From: a virus
Taxonomy: Duplodnaviria > Caudoviricetes
DNA: 62,901 bases
IMG/VR virus record: IMGVR_UViG_3300025120_000044
Coordinates: 1-62,901 of that record
Reading direction: 5' to 3' (one strand)
The position numbers were made by a program, and so were the translations under genes. The stretch's first letter is position 1. Every line of letters starts with the position of its first letter. A model generated the notes under the pieces. That model made no database searches. It was not told the origin of the DNA and saw only the letters and a list, made by a program, of their open reading frames with translations. Shown piece after piece: positions 30,609 through 41,436 of the stretch.

Positions 30609-31034
30609 TTATGAAACAGTTACCGTCCAGGTAATTGTCATAGCGTCGTTAGCCCCTTTGTTTACTACTGAGAAAACGGTTCTACATAACATAGTTCCAC
30701 CAGAAGAAGCATTTAAAATAGCTGCTTCTTTGACAGCACCAGTACCAGTACCAGCTGCGAAAGTGTCAACATAAACAATATCAGCACCTGATACAGTTGT
30801 TGATGTTAACGAAGTTCTAGCTAACTCAGTACCTAAAGCAGTTTGACCTGCTGCAGCCGCTGTATCACCAGAACCAATCGCCATGTGTGACATTGCAGTA
30901 GCTGAAGCATCCTTCATTCTACTAGCAACATAACCCTTTCCTGCAGTAACAACTAAGTTAGGAACTTCTTTAACGGTTTCGCCATTGATAGCAATGGTTA
31001 ATTTACCTGTTAGTTTTAAGTCATCATTTAACAT
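30609..31034 (-). CDS. Virion structural protein (fibre-attachment-like)
   Basis: NLVVTAGK...HMAIGSG......TAL..E..R...EAAILNA.SGGTML.R pattern of phage tail proteins. Confidence 0.6.
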   Translation of the reverse strand: MLNDDLKLTGKLTIAINGETVKEVPNLVVTAGKGYVASRMKDASATAMSHMAIGSGDTAAAAGQTALGTELARTSLTSTTVSGADIVYVDTFAAGTGTGAVKEAAILNASSGGTMLCRTVFSVVNKGANDAMTITWTVTVS

Positions 31035-31042
31035 AATTTCTC

Positions 31043-32125
31043 CTAGTTAAGTGTATTACTATTTAAAGCCGAGGCATTTAATGCACTTTGTCTATTTGCA
31101 TTTAGAATACTGATCGACTCAGTTATTGTAGCACTATCTTGTGCTGATTTACCAAAACTATATATATGAGTTTCGGAAATAGTTGCGGTATCTGATTTAC
31201 CTAAACTTGTAGCTAAAATCTCTACATCACTAGTAGAGATACTATCGGTCTTACTCAAACTGCTAGAAAGCGTTTGGTTGTCTGTAAAACCTATGGTTTC
31301 TTCTTTACCTAAACTTGTATTTATAAACTCGCTATCACTAAACGCAAAGGTATCAGACTTACCTAAACTAGTAGCTAGTGTTTCGCTATCTGCAAAAGCG
31401 AATGAGTCGGTAAACCCTCCTGGAGTAAAGTCTATAGCATGACTTTCTACCATACCAAACGTGTCAATTCTAGTTTTAGCCCAATCGTACGTAAGCACAT
31501 CTGCCATAGATATTACATTTGTTTTATTACCTGATACGTCTGTAGCAAGCGGGTCAGCTAAAGACGTTCTATCGTCTAAAGATATAGTATCAGCAAAAGA
31601 ACGTTCAAACGTTACTACCCTAGAAAGTACTTCTGACATGCTAACACTGTCTGTTTTGCCTAAATTAGGTTCTAAAACTTGGCTATCTGACATATTAGTT
31701 GTATCAGATAAAGCTTTACCCATAGCGTAATTTAATATTTCTGCTACGGACACGGTATCGTTATGTGCCCCAGAGAATGACACGACAGCCGCATCAGACA
31801 TAGTAGGTGTATCTGCAAAACTTAGACCCAGAGTTCTTAATATATCTACGTTTTCAGTAAAACCTATAGAATCTGTAAAAGGTTTAGATAAATCAAATAC
31901 GTGGAACTCTGATATGTATGCAGCGTCGTCTGCACGTTTATCTATGTCATAGCTAAGTACATCTGTATGGCTAAAGGTATCGCTAAATATTCTATCTATG
32001 CTATCTGGATTTAGGTATAGATCAGTAAGTTGTAGATTAACGTGAGTTACTTGTCCTCTTAGGTCAACGTGAGCAATGCTACCTTTTAGGTCTACAAAAG
32101 AAGTAACACTTTTAAGCTTGGACAT
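31043..32125 (-). CDS. Repetitive S/T/D-rich structural protein
   Basis: Repeats of about 17 aa such as LATSLGKSDTFAFSDSE. Confidence 0.55.
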   Translation of the reverse strand: MSKLKSVTSFVDLKGSIAHVDLRGQVTHVNLQLTDLYLNPDSIDRIFSDTFSHTDVLSYDIDKRADDAAYISEFHVFDLSKPFTDSIGFTENVDILRTLGLSFADTPTMSDAAVVSFSGAHNDTVSVAEILNYAMGKALSDTTNMSDSQVLEPNLGKTDSVSMSEVLSRVVTFERSFADTISLDDRTSLADPLATDVSGNKTNVISMADVLTYDWAKTRIDTFGMVESHAIDFTPGGFTDSFAFADSETLATSLGKSDTFAFSDSEFINTSLGKEETIGFTDNQTLSSSLSKTDSISTSDVEILATSLGKSDTATISETHIYSFGKSAQDSATITESISILNANRQSALNASALNSNTLN

Positions 32126-32499
32126 TAGTCAAAGTCATTACGGACTTTAAACTTAATTAAGTCCTGAACAGTATGTATTCCTCCTCCTGAAGAAGTAAAT
32201 TCTATTTCGCCCTCAAACGTTCCTGCTGTGGTCCAAGTTCCACTTGGTATAGTAAAGTTTACTCTGCCATTAGCAGCGTCTGCTATCGCACCAGTAATTG
32301 TTTGTGTCAATGTTGTTTGTCCGACTTCTCTTATTCTTAGTTTTACAGAGCCACTAGATAAACTTAGAGCTGCCCAAGTATCTGAGTTTTCTGTATCTAA
32401 CGTCTTCCCACTTGCAGCGGTATTACTGTCTTTTAATGTTGTTTCTAAAACCGGTAGTGTGTCTCCCACTACAAATTTTATTGTGTCTGAATATGCCAT
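32125..32499 (-). CDS. BppU-N-like Ig-fold fibre-anchoring protein
   Basis: GDTLP.L..TL.D...L....V...G.V......GTFEGEIEFT...TV. Confidence 0.55.
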   Translation of the reverse strand: MAYSDTIKFVVGDTLPVLETTLKDSNTAASGKTLDTENSDTWAALSLSSGSVKLRIREVGQTTLTQTITGAIADAANGRVNFTIPSGTWTTAGTFEGEIEFTSSGGGIHTVQDLIKFKVRNDFD

Positions 32500-32507
32500 A
32501 ATTAATT

Positions 32508-35500
32508 TTACCTTCCTAAATTCCTAGTGTCTAGCTGACTATACCCAGGTATGTAATCAGCCGTTCTCCAATCCCAAGTTACTCCATCATATATTTTCTC
32601 TGCCGCTGGTCCTAAAGGTGGTACCCAGAAAGGCTGACCATACCTATGTCTTGCAGAAAATATAGGTAACGCTAAAGCAAGCGGCCCTAACATACCACTT
32701 CTGTCTATTATTTCTGTCATATATTGACCAGTGCTCATACTGTTAGTTTTAAAATAATTTACTCCAGGGTCGTCTCCGTCTATACCTGGCAATGCTTCTG
32801 CAAGTAAATACTTAGTAAGTTCTCTAATCTCTAGGCCTAACATAGTTATAGGCAATAGTATTCCAGCCATCATTAACAAAGGCATAACTCCTGCACCGGC
32901 GCCTTGGCTTACAAAATTTCTATGAGATTCTTTTAATGTAGGATAGACAATTGTTTTTCCGTAAGCATAAAAGAAAGATTTAAGCTGCCATATAAGTGCA
33001 TACCTAGGGTTATTAGCATACGTAGGTCTTTGTGCTGGATTAGGTCTAACAATAGATTCATCTACAAACTGAGCTAAAGCTTCATTAACCTTTTCTCTAG
33101 TAGCGTCATTTGCTTTGCCTCCTTCCCAAGCTAACACTTCGTCTGCTGTTACGTTTAACTCGTTTAGATACAGTTGAGCTTCAGCGTCACCTTCTTTGGC
33201 TTTTCGTGCGCTGTCTTGTAAAAATCTAACGCCCATGCCCGTAGCAAAAACTCTAGTAAACTTAGTGTAGGCTTCTAGCAAAGTTACTCTAAACCAAGTG
33301 TCGGAAACACCTTTAGCTGTTTGGTTCATAAAGTTTTGTTCGCCTGCAAAAATAAAGAAGCTAGACATAGCATCTACGCCTATAACTCCTACTTCTCTTG
33401 CTAATTCAGCAGCCTCTTGCGGGTCTTTAATCATAGTTTTTATTACGCTAGTTATATCACTTATTTTAGCTGTACCCCTAGATCTGAGTACTGGCCCTGC
33501 TGTGTCTTGTAAAGAAGCTAATACAGTAAAAGCTAATAAAGTAACAACGTTTACAGGTAGTAATATGTTGTTTGCTGTTTTTAACCAGCCTTTATCTATA
33601 GGTGGTGTTTTACCAAACATAGAGTCAATTATATTTCTAGCATCTACTTGTTGCTCAGGGGTTAGTTGAGCTATTAGCCCATTTAACTGTTCAGCTCCGC
33701 CCGATCGTTCAAACTCAAACTTTAAAGCTACTTTATCTAAGTACTGTTGTAGACCTACTTCTGCAGGTAAAGCTAGTCCAGAATCAATTAACTGTTTATT
33801 CGTTACGCTAGACCATAGCTCTTTTCTTATTTTCATCATACCTATGTCTATTTCATCTTGCGGATTAAAGTCTAATTCTCCGTTTCCTTTTTTTACAACC
33901 CCATTAACTGCGTTATTTACATCAGCTTCTGATGCTTGTGGGTTAGCTTCTTTTAAAAGCTGTCTAGCTATCATTTGTAAACTATCATTGCCTGCTATTT
34001 CTGCAACTGCAATTACACGAGGGAAGAAGTTATTTCTTTCGTCTACTCCATAGGACTTTAAGTTTAAGTCTACATAAACTTCTTGTAGGAATTTTCGTAG
34101 TTCTTGTGCTTTTGGAGATAAGGTATTAGTATCTTTTGTATCGTCTGCGGCTTCATTAACTATGGCCCTTTGTTCAGTTGATAAGCTAGAGTAAATCCAA
34201 CCATCTTCTACTCCTAGTATTTTAGCGGCTTTGTTGTGTAAAGCATTTGCTCTTCTAGTTTTTAAAGTAAATATACCTGCTCTGCCAGATTCGGATACAG
34301 TCCTAGGGTCTAGGTTAAAGAAATCCGCTATCTGAACTCCTACAGGCCCGTAGTTTCTAAGTCTAGTATCTGAAGTTAAAAGTACTTTTTGTAACCAAGT
34401 AGGTAGTTTTTTACTTTTAAATAGCTTGTCTGACTGCTCTAATAGTTTTCTAAGTTGTTTGTCTGTGGCTGTTTCTGGCCCTAACACGCTTTCTATCATA
34501 GTTTCTATGCCAGCTTTTGTTGTATAAGGTACTTGTTGGTTTTCTGCATTGAGCAATTTTTCTTGTAGCTCAGCCGAATATTCTTGGAATGACTCATCTA
34601 CTTCTGTTCTTTTTCTATAGGTTTTTGATTGGTCATACATTTTCTTTTGGTTTTTAACTAAGCGTTTAAACCATGCTTGGGTGGGGGCATTCATTTGATC
34701 AAATACTGTGCCATCTACATCTATGCCTAATTCTTTTCTTATAGCTACGCCAAACTGGTCTGCAACAAAATTCTCAAACCCAGTTTCATCATTAGTATAA
34801 CTAGGAGGTACATTTTTACCTTTTAGTATTTTCTCGTAAGCTTGTAGTAATTTTTTTCTTATCGCTGGTACTTTTAGACTTTTTTCTAACTCTTGGAAAG
34901 TTAAAGAGTTACCTAGTTCTTTTAAGAAAGCACTGTAGTATTGTCCTTCTGCTACAGTTGCATTTGTTTTCATTAATATGATATCAAAATCAGCATACTG
35001 TAATGTAGTAGCTAATTTGTCTTTTTTGTCCATAAAGTCTTTTCGTATCTTTTCAAACTGTTTTTGGTCGATACTATTTTTTATTCTTGTTTTTAAATTA
35101 GAATCACTAAAATCTGCCTCTGCGGCTATGACATGTAAATTAGTAGTTAGTCCTACACGCCTAGCTCCAGCTATCAGACTGCTTACTATTTGTTTTCTGA
35201 AGGGTAAATTTTGTCTTCTTTTATTTGGTGGTTTGTATTCTTTACCTCTTAGTTTCTGTGATTTTTCTAACATTTTTTCTTCGAAAGCTACTGTGGTTAC
35301 ATTTTGATATTTTGTATTATCTTTAAATTTAGGAGCTATACCTCTAGACATATCAGCATATCTATCTCGGCCTCTAGTTTCTTTACCCTGTTGTACTTGA
35401 TAATTTTCAAATACATTAGCGTCTTGTGTATCACCTTTAGTGTTCGTGTTATCTATTGGCTGGCCCATAACACCGTCGTCCGTCATATACAACCCTGTTT

Positions 35501-38500
35501 CATCTAAAGAAGGTGTTTGGTTTTCCATATCAATAGCTGCAATATCATTTATATAAGTGCCAATCTCTGCGTCTCTATTTATAGTACCGCCCATGGTGCC
35601 AGGTATAGTTGTCATACCAGAATCATCCCTTTGCCCAGGGTTATTTTTTCTATCTTGTTTATTTATAGCATTTACAACTTTTCCTACTTCACTTATAAAC
35701 TGTAAAATTGTTTTGTCTTGCGCTCTTATATCTCCATAAATAGCTTTGAGTTCACCTGGAGCTTTAGATTTAAAACCCGTATCTACTGCAGCAAACCTAA
35801 CCGATATAGCATCTTCTGCCCTTTCTAATAATGTTTCTAATTCATTTACACTCATATCTTCTATGCTTTTAGGTTTACCGTCAGCGGTTAGCTCTAGGTC
35901 CTGTAACAAAGGAGCGAGGTATTTTTTATCCATTCCGGGGGATATATAACTGCCATCCTTGTTGTACACTAAATCTATAAGAGGGACATTTATTTTTGCA
36001 AACTTATCATTACTAAAAAAGCTACGGGATAGTTGAGGAAGGCCAAATTGTTGGTTAAGGTACTGCACTTGTTTTTGAAAATCGTCTTCTATTTTCTTAG
36101 GAAATCTTATTTTTAAAATACCAGCGCCGGGGCCATCTGGCGTACTTGTTATGTGATCTAAAGCAACCCCTAGTGCTACATCCGGTTTTCCTCGGCCTAC
36201 TTTCATATCCGTCATTACAAGGGCATTTTCAGAAGTTACACCCTCTGGGTAATAAACTAATTTAAAATTATTTTCTTGTAAAATATCTACTGCGTCTATC
36301 AAAGCCGCTAATCTTTGCCCCGCTTGGTTTGTATATTCTTCTGGCTGTCTTCTTTGTTGTACTTTAGATAACGTTGTTATACCTTCTAAAAGAACGGCCA
36401 TGTCCACATTTATAGGAGTCTGGCTTTTTGCTTCCGTGTTTAAATTTTGAAGTTTGAAATGTATTGGTGTGTTATAGCCTTTGCCCTGGGTTCTTTTATT
36501 AGCCTGGGTTAATCTAGTCTGTAAGTCTGCACGTATGTTTCTAAAAATTTCTACATTTTCTCTAGTAAGTTCCCTAAATTGTTCTGGGTCGGGTTTCATT
36601 CTTACTATCACGTATCTTCTTTTTAGATCTGGTCTTCGGGGGCCTGTTGGACCTACGGGGCCAGTTGGTCTTTCTGGAGCTACAAACGATTTGTTAGCTG
36701 CAGTTGCTGTACGAAAAGCTCGTAAATCTCTTACTTCTACGAACCTCAAAAAGCCAATACCTTGTGTGTTTTCTCTTTCTATTTTAGCCTTGTCTCTAAA
36801 AGTTTTTACAGCGCTTTGCGATAGAAAAGATTTTTGTTCGTTGAACTCTTGTTTTAAAGTCGTGTGTATATAAGTGTTCAAACCGTTAATAGAACGACCG
36901 TCTGCTTTTTTATCATCTTTGCTTATTTGAAAGCCCTTATCCGTTTTTGGATTTACAAAAGGGTTTTGCGCAGTACCAGAACCTTTTTTTGCCATAACAA
37001 TAGGGTCTTGTTCTTTTATAGGGGCTTTGGCTTGCCTTGTTTCTGCTTGGTAAGCCGAAAGAGCTTTTCTATAAGCAGGGTCTTTTTTACCAGACTTAAA
37101 ATCTTCTGGGTTAGGTTTTTCTATAGTTAGGTTAGTCCTATTTAAAACTTCGCTAACACCTACAAGAGGAACATTATCTAAACTTCTACTACCGAACTCA
37201 TCTCTAGCAATACTGCTAGAAATAGAATCTGTTTCTTCACGGCGCTCGGAGAATAGTTGCGTGCCTTCTTCGGCTATTTCATCTAGCAGCCCTTTCATTT
37301 CTTCGCCTAGACTTATAATGCCATCTTTATTTATTCTTTGTAGGTAAGCTCTTTGGGTCCCTGTAGGAGTACCAAGCTTTTCTGCATTTTTTAAGTCGTT
37401 TAGTATTTGTGCATATCTAGTTCTTTTAGTGCCTTCGCCTTTTTTTCCTAGTGCTTTAAAATTCCCTCTTAGAACATTAGGGGTTTCGTTTACAAAAAGT
37501 ACAAGATCATTAAAATCTATAGGCAGTCCATACTCTTCTCGAATATACGCATCGAATTGTTGTCTTTGGTTAGGAGTAACATTGCCTTTTCCAATGTCCA
37601 TATTAGCTGAAGATACATTTAAGTTTGTTTGTCCTCTATCTCCTTCTACTGCAGTGTCATCATCACTAGTACCTAATTCAGACTGGTCTTCTGTCTGGAA
37701 GGCTTGTTTTTGTGCTTTTAGTACATCTGCATCTTTAGGCAATCCTTCTTGTCTAAATCTTCTGTGTTGGGCTAAACTTTGGACTTCTATAGTGTATCGT
37801 TTAGGATCCATAGAAGCTCTTATCATCTTCATAGCGTTTTCAGCTGCTTCAAAATCCCCTTCTATATTTTCACTAGCAGATTGATATTTAACAAATTCGT
37901 TTTTTTCGTTATCAAAAACTCCAACTACTATGTCATCTTTAGCATCTCTAGTTCTACTATACCCAAGAGCTTGTGATAAAAAGCCATCTATTACTCCGGT
38001 ATCATACTTATAGCCACTATCCATTATGTTAGCTAGCCTTCCAGCAACACGCTGGTCTGTAGTAAACAAAGCTCCTATAGGTGTTGAAACAGTAAATAAT
38101 TCTTCTGGGCCAAACATGCTTTCTATCTTTGATTGGGCTTTTGCAAATTCTGCTTTTGCTTCTATAGGTACAAATACACTGTTAGTCCCAGAGTTTTCAT
38201 TACTCATAAAATCAAACTGTGTTTCTAAAGCTCCTGCACGTTCGCCCATCACTACGCCTAGCGCCGCTGCATTTTCCTTGCTTCCAAAAATACGTGCCAT
38301 GTTTTTTTCAGCTACATTTCTTTGTGAAAGGTTTCTAACTTTGTTCATTACAGCTGTACCAGAACCTAAACCTCCACCTACACCTAGGCCTCCCATAAGT
38401 CCTGCAAATAAAGCATTTACCCTATCTGTTTTTGCCTGTGCTTTCGTGTAATCTGCGTCTATTCTAAATTTTTGTTGTACGGACAGTTCTTCTTGTAAAG

Positions 38501-39590
38501 ATTCGGCTATTCCTTCTGATAAAGAACTAACAGCAGCTATAGAAGTAAAGTCTTTAAACATACTTCCTTTAGGTATAGGATCAAACTTAAATGGGTCTGC
38601 AACTCCACTTTTTTTAACTCTGCCTGGTCTTTTAAAGGCTCTCATAGTTACGCCTAGGGTTGCTACTTCTGATCCAACTCCTATTGCACCAAATGCAGTA
38701 CCTTGTAGTAAAGAGTCTATAGCACTTTGTTTATTGTCCATGTCTTGGTCAGCATAGTCACTAAAAGCTATACCAGTTCCCATTCTTTGTTCTTGCGTAA
38801 ACGCACCTAACACCGCACCTTGGGCAAAACTTTTACCACGCATATTTGATTTAAGAACTCCATATATGTCAGATAAATCATCTAACTCGGCGGGTGTAAA
38901 TTTATGTAAAGGTCTTTTACTGGCATTTACTCTTATTTGGTTTTGGTACGCCCTATGCAGTAGATCTTCTACTTCCATTTTGTCTATGCCGGGCCTTCTT
39001 CCGCTACTAAGAATCCTCGAATTATTTAGTGACTTTACTCCGCCTTCTACTGCTTTTCTTCTTGCAGCTGTTCCAACACCAGCTGCCGCTACTAGCCCGG
39101 GGGTTGCAGTACCTCCAGATAAAACAGTACCCCCAGCAACAAGTCCACCTACTACAGCAGCTTCAGCTAAACTAGCTGCTAAAGAAGGTATAAATTGTCC
39201 CGTGGCGGATGCAAAATTTAAAAAGAAACCATGTACGTCTTTTTGTTCTAAAGAAGAAGCAAAGTCTGTTTCTAAGCCTGCCAAAGGTATACCAGCTTGG
39301 TTTTCTAAAAAATCACCTTCTCTTAGCCTGTTTGCTGCGGATGTATCTTTTCCTCTTAGCGTATCTATTGCAGCTAGAAAGTTTTGGTTTTGTGCTTGTA
39401 TGTTTTTAAAACCAGATTCTATACCAGCACCAAAGGCCTCGCCAAAAGTATCTATGGGTTCTTCTCTGTAAACAGTAGGTCTAGCAAGAGAACCTTGCTC
39501 TGGGTTTACAAAAGTGCCAGTGTCGGTGGTGGGTCTAGCTAATTTACCGCCATTTTTTATTGTTAGGATTGCATTTGTATCAATAGCCAC
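32508..39590 (-). CDS. Very large internal virion / DNA ejection protein (2360 aa)
   Basis: Size and position after the tail genes; glycine-rich hydrophobic N-terminal segments; C-terminal RP......P...LIWQLKSFFYAYG typical of podovirus ejection proteins. Confidence 0.6.
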   Translation of the reverse strand: MAIDTNAILTIKNGGKLARPTTDTGTFVNPEQGSLARPTVYREEPIDTFGEAFGAGIESGFKNIQAQNQNFLAAIDTLRGKDTSAANRLREGDFLENQAGIPLAGLETDFASSLEQKDVHGFFLNFASATGQFIPSLAASLAEAAVVGGLVAGGTVLSGGTATPGLVAAAGVGTAARRKAVEGGVKSLNNSRILSSGRRPGIDKMEVEDLLHRAYQNQIRVNASKRPLHKFTPAELDDLSDIYGVLKSNMRGKSFAQGAVLGAFTQEQRMGTGIAFSDYADQDMDNKQSAIDSLLQGTAFGAIGVGSEVATLGVTMRAFKRPGRVKKSGVADPFKFDPIPKGSMFKDFTSIAAVSSLSEGIAESLQEELSVQQKFRIDADYTKAQAKTDRVNALFAGLMGGLGVGGGLGSGTAVMNKVRNLSQRNVAEKNMARIFGSKENAAALGVVMGERAGALETQFDFMSNENSGTNSVFVPIEAKAEFAKAQSKIESMFGPEELFTVSTPIGALFTTDQRVAGRLANIMDSGYKYDTGVIDGFLSQALGYSRTRDAKDDIVVGVFDNEKNEFVKYQSASENIEGDFEAAENAMKMIRASMDPKRYTIEVQSLAQHRRFRQEGLPKDADVLKAQKQAFQTEDQSELGTSDDDTAVEGDRGQTNLNVSSANMDIGKGNVTPNQRQQFDAYIREEYGLPIDFNDLVLFVNETPNVLRGNFKALGKKGEGTKRTRYAQILNDLKNAEKLGTPTGTQRAYLQRINKDGIISLGEEMKGLLDEIAEEGTQLFSERREETDSISSSIARDEFGSRSLDNVPLVGVSEVLNRTNLTIEKPNPEDFKSGKKDPAYRKALSAYQAETRQAKAPIKEQDPIVMAKKGSGTAQNPFVNPKTDKGFQISKDDKKADGRSINGLNTYIHTTLKQEFNEQKSFLSQSAVKTFRDKAKIERENTQGIGFLRFVEVRDLRAFRTATAANKSFVAPERPTGPVGPTGPRRPDLKRRYVIVRMKPDPEQFRELTRENVEIFRNIRADLQTRLTQANKRTQGKGYNTPIHFKLQNLNTEAKSQTPINVDMAVLLEGITTLSKVQQRRQPEEYTNQAGQRLAALIDAVDILQENNFKLVYYPEGVTSENALVMTDMKVGRGKPDVALGVALDHITSTPDGPGAGILKIRFPKKIEDDFQKQVQYLNQQFGLPQLSRSFFSNDKFAKINVPLIDLVYNKDGSYISPGMDKKYLAPLLQDLELTADGKPKSIEDMSVNELETLLERAEDAISVRFAAVDTGFKSKAPGELKAIYGDIRAQDKTILQFISEVGKVVNAINKQDRKNNPGQRDDSGMTTIPGTMGGTINRDAEIGTYINDIAAIDMENQTPSLDETGLYMTDDGVMGQPIDNTNTKGDTQDANVFENYQVQQGKETRGRDRYADMSRGIAPKFKDNTKYQNVTTVAFEEKMLEKSQKLRGKEYKPPNKRRQNLPFRKQIVSSLIAGARRVGLTTNLHVIAAEADFSDSNLKTRIKNSIDQKQFEKIRKDFMDKKDKLATTLQYADFDIILMKTNATVAEGQYYSAFLKELGNSLTFQELEKSLKVPAIRKKLLQAYEKILKGKNVPPSYTNDETGFENFVADQFGVAIRKELGIDVDGTVFDQMNAPTQAWFKRLVKNQKKMYDQSKTYRKRTEVDESFQEYSAELQEKLLNAENQQVPYTTKAGIETMIESVLGPETATDKQLRKLLEQSDKLFKSKKLPTWLQKVLLTSDTRLRNYGPVGVQIADFFNLDPRTVSESGRAGIFTLKTRRANALHNKAAKILGVEDGWIYSSLSTEQRAIVNEAADDTKDTNTLSPKAQELRKFLQEVYVDLNLKSYGVDERNNFFPRVIAVAEIAGNDSLQMIARQLLKEANPQASEADVNNAVNGVVKKGNGELDFNPQDEIDIGMMKIRKELWSSVTNKQLIDSGLALPAEVGLQQYLDKVALKFEFERSGGAEQLNGLIAQLTPEQQVDARNIIDSMFGKTPPIDKGWLKTANNILLPVNVVTLLAFTVLASLQDTAGPVLRSRGTAKISDITSVIKTMIKDPQEAAELAREVGVIGVDAMSSFFIFAGEQNFMNQTAKGVSDTWFRVTLLEAYTKFTRVFATGMGVRFLQDSARKAKEGDAEAQLYLNELNVTADEVLAWEGGKANDATREKVNEALAQFVDESIVRPNPAQRPTYANNPRYALIWQLKSFFYAYGKTIVYPTLKESHRNFVSQGAGAGVMPLLMMAGILLPITMLGLEIRELTKYLLAEALPGIDGDDPGVNYFKTNSMSTGQYMTEIIDRSGMLGPLALALPIFSARHRYGQPFWVPPLGPAAEKIYDGVTWDWRTADYIPGYSQLDTRNLGR

Positions 39591-39593
39591 ACT

Positions 39594-41435
39594 TTAATTC
39601 CCTGGTATCTGTTCAATATATCTACTTATCATAGATGCAGTTGCTGTGTCATTGAATATGTCACTATATTTCTTACCGGTTATTGAATTGCCTATTTGAC
39701 GTCCTTGACTGTCTACCATAATTATTTCTTTCAATACCTGTTTGCCACTTGTTGTTTCTTGATACTTAGCTCTAAGACTAGAAGTTATATCACCAAGGGG
39801 CATAGCAGCGTCCGGTGATCCACCAATATTACCAAGAAACGGTATGTCTATACCGGTTTTTTGGCCGTCAGCTAACATAATATTATATAAAGTTGTACCC
39901 AAAAAGTTTCTAAAATAACCATCTATCTCTAAGCCTTCTGGTCCATTTAACAAGCCAAATTGATTTGCTTCAAGGTACGCATTAGCTCCATTTCTAAAAT
40001 TAACACTAGCTTTACCTTTATAGTTTTCTGGTATAAATTTACCAGTTTCAGAATCGGTCATATTATCTGTAAACTCTTTTAGTTCTTTATTAATTCTAGT
40101 AGCAATCTCTTGGCCTTTTTTGTTTGATAGATTTGCAATCCTAGACTCAGACTCTCTCAAGTATTGATTTAGTCGCATGTTCATATCTTGAGAAGTTCTG
40201 TTAAAGCTCTGCTCTTGCATAGGGGAAGTCGCTGCGTCGCCAGTGCTTAGTAATCTATAACTATCTTGAAATTCGGAATTAAAATCTCCTCCAGTTGCTA
40301 CTGCTAAAGCTGCGGCTATTTCAGCTTTGCTTATATCAATAGAATCATCGTAGTCTGGTATTTTTTGTAAGTCTTCGGGGCTTGCTACTTTATATTTGTT
40401 AAAAGCAGCACGAGCTTTATCTAATATATTCTGGTCACTACCTGCTTCTATCATAAACTGCTCGTTGTCTTTTACGAATTTAAGTTGAGCCTCCGGGCCT
40501 CCGAATATAGGAAATACTAAATTACCCGTGTCTCCTATTCTACCCCTTAGTCTTTCTGCTTCTGCTTGTGCCGCTTTGTATTGTTTTTGTTCTTCTGGGT
40601 TTCTACCAGTAGACACGTCTCCTACAGGAGGATTGCCTAGCCTACCTGCAGACCCATCTCCCATAGAACCACTAATACCTGTACCAAACACTGTTTTGTT
40701 ACCAGGCGCTCCTATTTTTTCTAACCTTGTTCTTTCTTCTTTATTCTTTTTTAAATCTCCTTGCAGTTTTACTCTCAGGGCGTCTAAGCTATCATTGTAC
40801 CCACTACCCATTTCTATCATGCTTTCAAAACCAGCTGCGGGATCTATTTCTCCGCTTTCAACAGCCTCTTCAATAATAGCAGTTGCTTCTGGCACACTTT
40901 GTGCTTTTTCTAGTCTGTCATTTAGTTTTACGCCTTGTAAGTTTGCTATTCCAATTGCTCTACTACCATATCCTTTTCTAGAAGAAGTTAGCCTGTTACT
41001 TTGACCTTGTAAAATAGTATTAGCCATAGTACGTAAGCCTTCTTGGTCGGTGAACATAACCATGTCTTGCGGATCATTACTAAACCCTAATGTTTTGGGC
41101 ACTACACCCTGTTCGCCCTGTATCGTGAAAGAAATTCTTCCATTATCATCAATTATGTCTAGAATCTTTCCTTTTTTTGTTTCTTGGGTAGTTATGTCTT
41201 TATAAGAAGTAGCAACGGGGCTAGAGTTTAACAACTGTATTAGTTTATCTTTATCGTTGGTATACAACTCATTAAATTTCTCTTTGCCCATGTTCATATA
41301 GTCTGGGTTTTCAATGTCTAAAAAATCTACATAAGGTGATAACGTTTCTATAGAAGAGCTAGCACTACTATCATTTCGGTCTTTAACCTGTTGCTGGATA
41401 GCACCGGCTGTTCGTAAATCTGCTAAACTTGCCAT
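39594..41435 (-). CDS. Putative internal virion protein
   Basis: 613 aa; position in the ejectosome cluster. Confidence 0.5.
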   Translation of the reverse strand: MASLADLRTAGAIQQQVKDRNDSSASSSIETLSPYVDFLDIENPDYMNMGKEKFNELYTNDKDKLIQLLNSSPVATSYKDITTQETKKGKILDIIDDNGRISFTIQGEQGVVPKTLGFSNDPQDMVMFTDQEGLRTMANTILQGQSNRLTSSRKGYGSRAIGIANLQGVKLNDRLEKAQSVPEATAIIEEAVESGEIDPAAGFESMIEMGSGYNDSLDALRVKLQGDLKKNKEERTRLEKIGAPGNKTVFGTGISGSMGDGSAGRLGNPPVGDVSTGRNPEEQKQYKAAQAEAERLRGRIGDTGNLVFPIFGGPEAQLKFVKDNEQFMIEAGSDQNILDKARAAFNKYKVASPEDLQKIPDYDDSIDISKAEIAAALAVATGGDFNSEFQDSYRLLSTGDAATSPMQEQSFNRTSQDMNMRLNQYLRESESRIANLSNKKGQEIATRINKELKEFTDNMTDSETGKFIPENYKGKASVNFRNGANAYLEANQFGLLNGPEGLEIDGYFRNFLGTTLYNIMLADGQKTGIDIPFLGNIGGSPDAAMPLGDITSSLRAKYQETTSGKQVLKEIIMVDSQGRQIGNSITGKKYSDIFNDTATASMISRYIEQIPGN

Positions 41436-41436
41436 A

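Noticed and set aside
36637-36670. PTGPVGPTGP collagen-like motif inside the 2360-aa protein
   Set aside because: Only about three triplets, too short for a triple helix; probably a linker.
32508-39590. N4-like virion RNA polymerase, given the N4-gp56-like capsid
   Set aside because: I recognised no T7-type polymerase motifs, and the protein is much shorter than N4 vRNAP. An HMM search would settle it.
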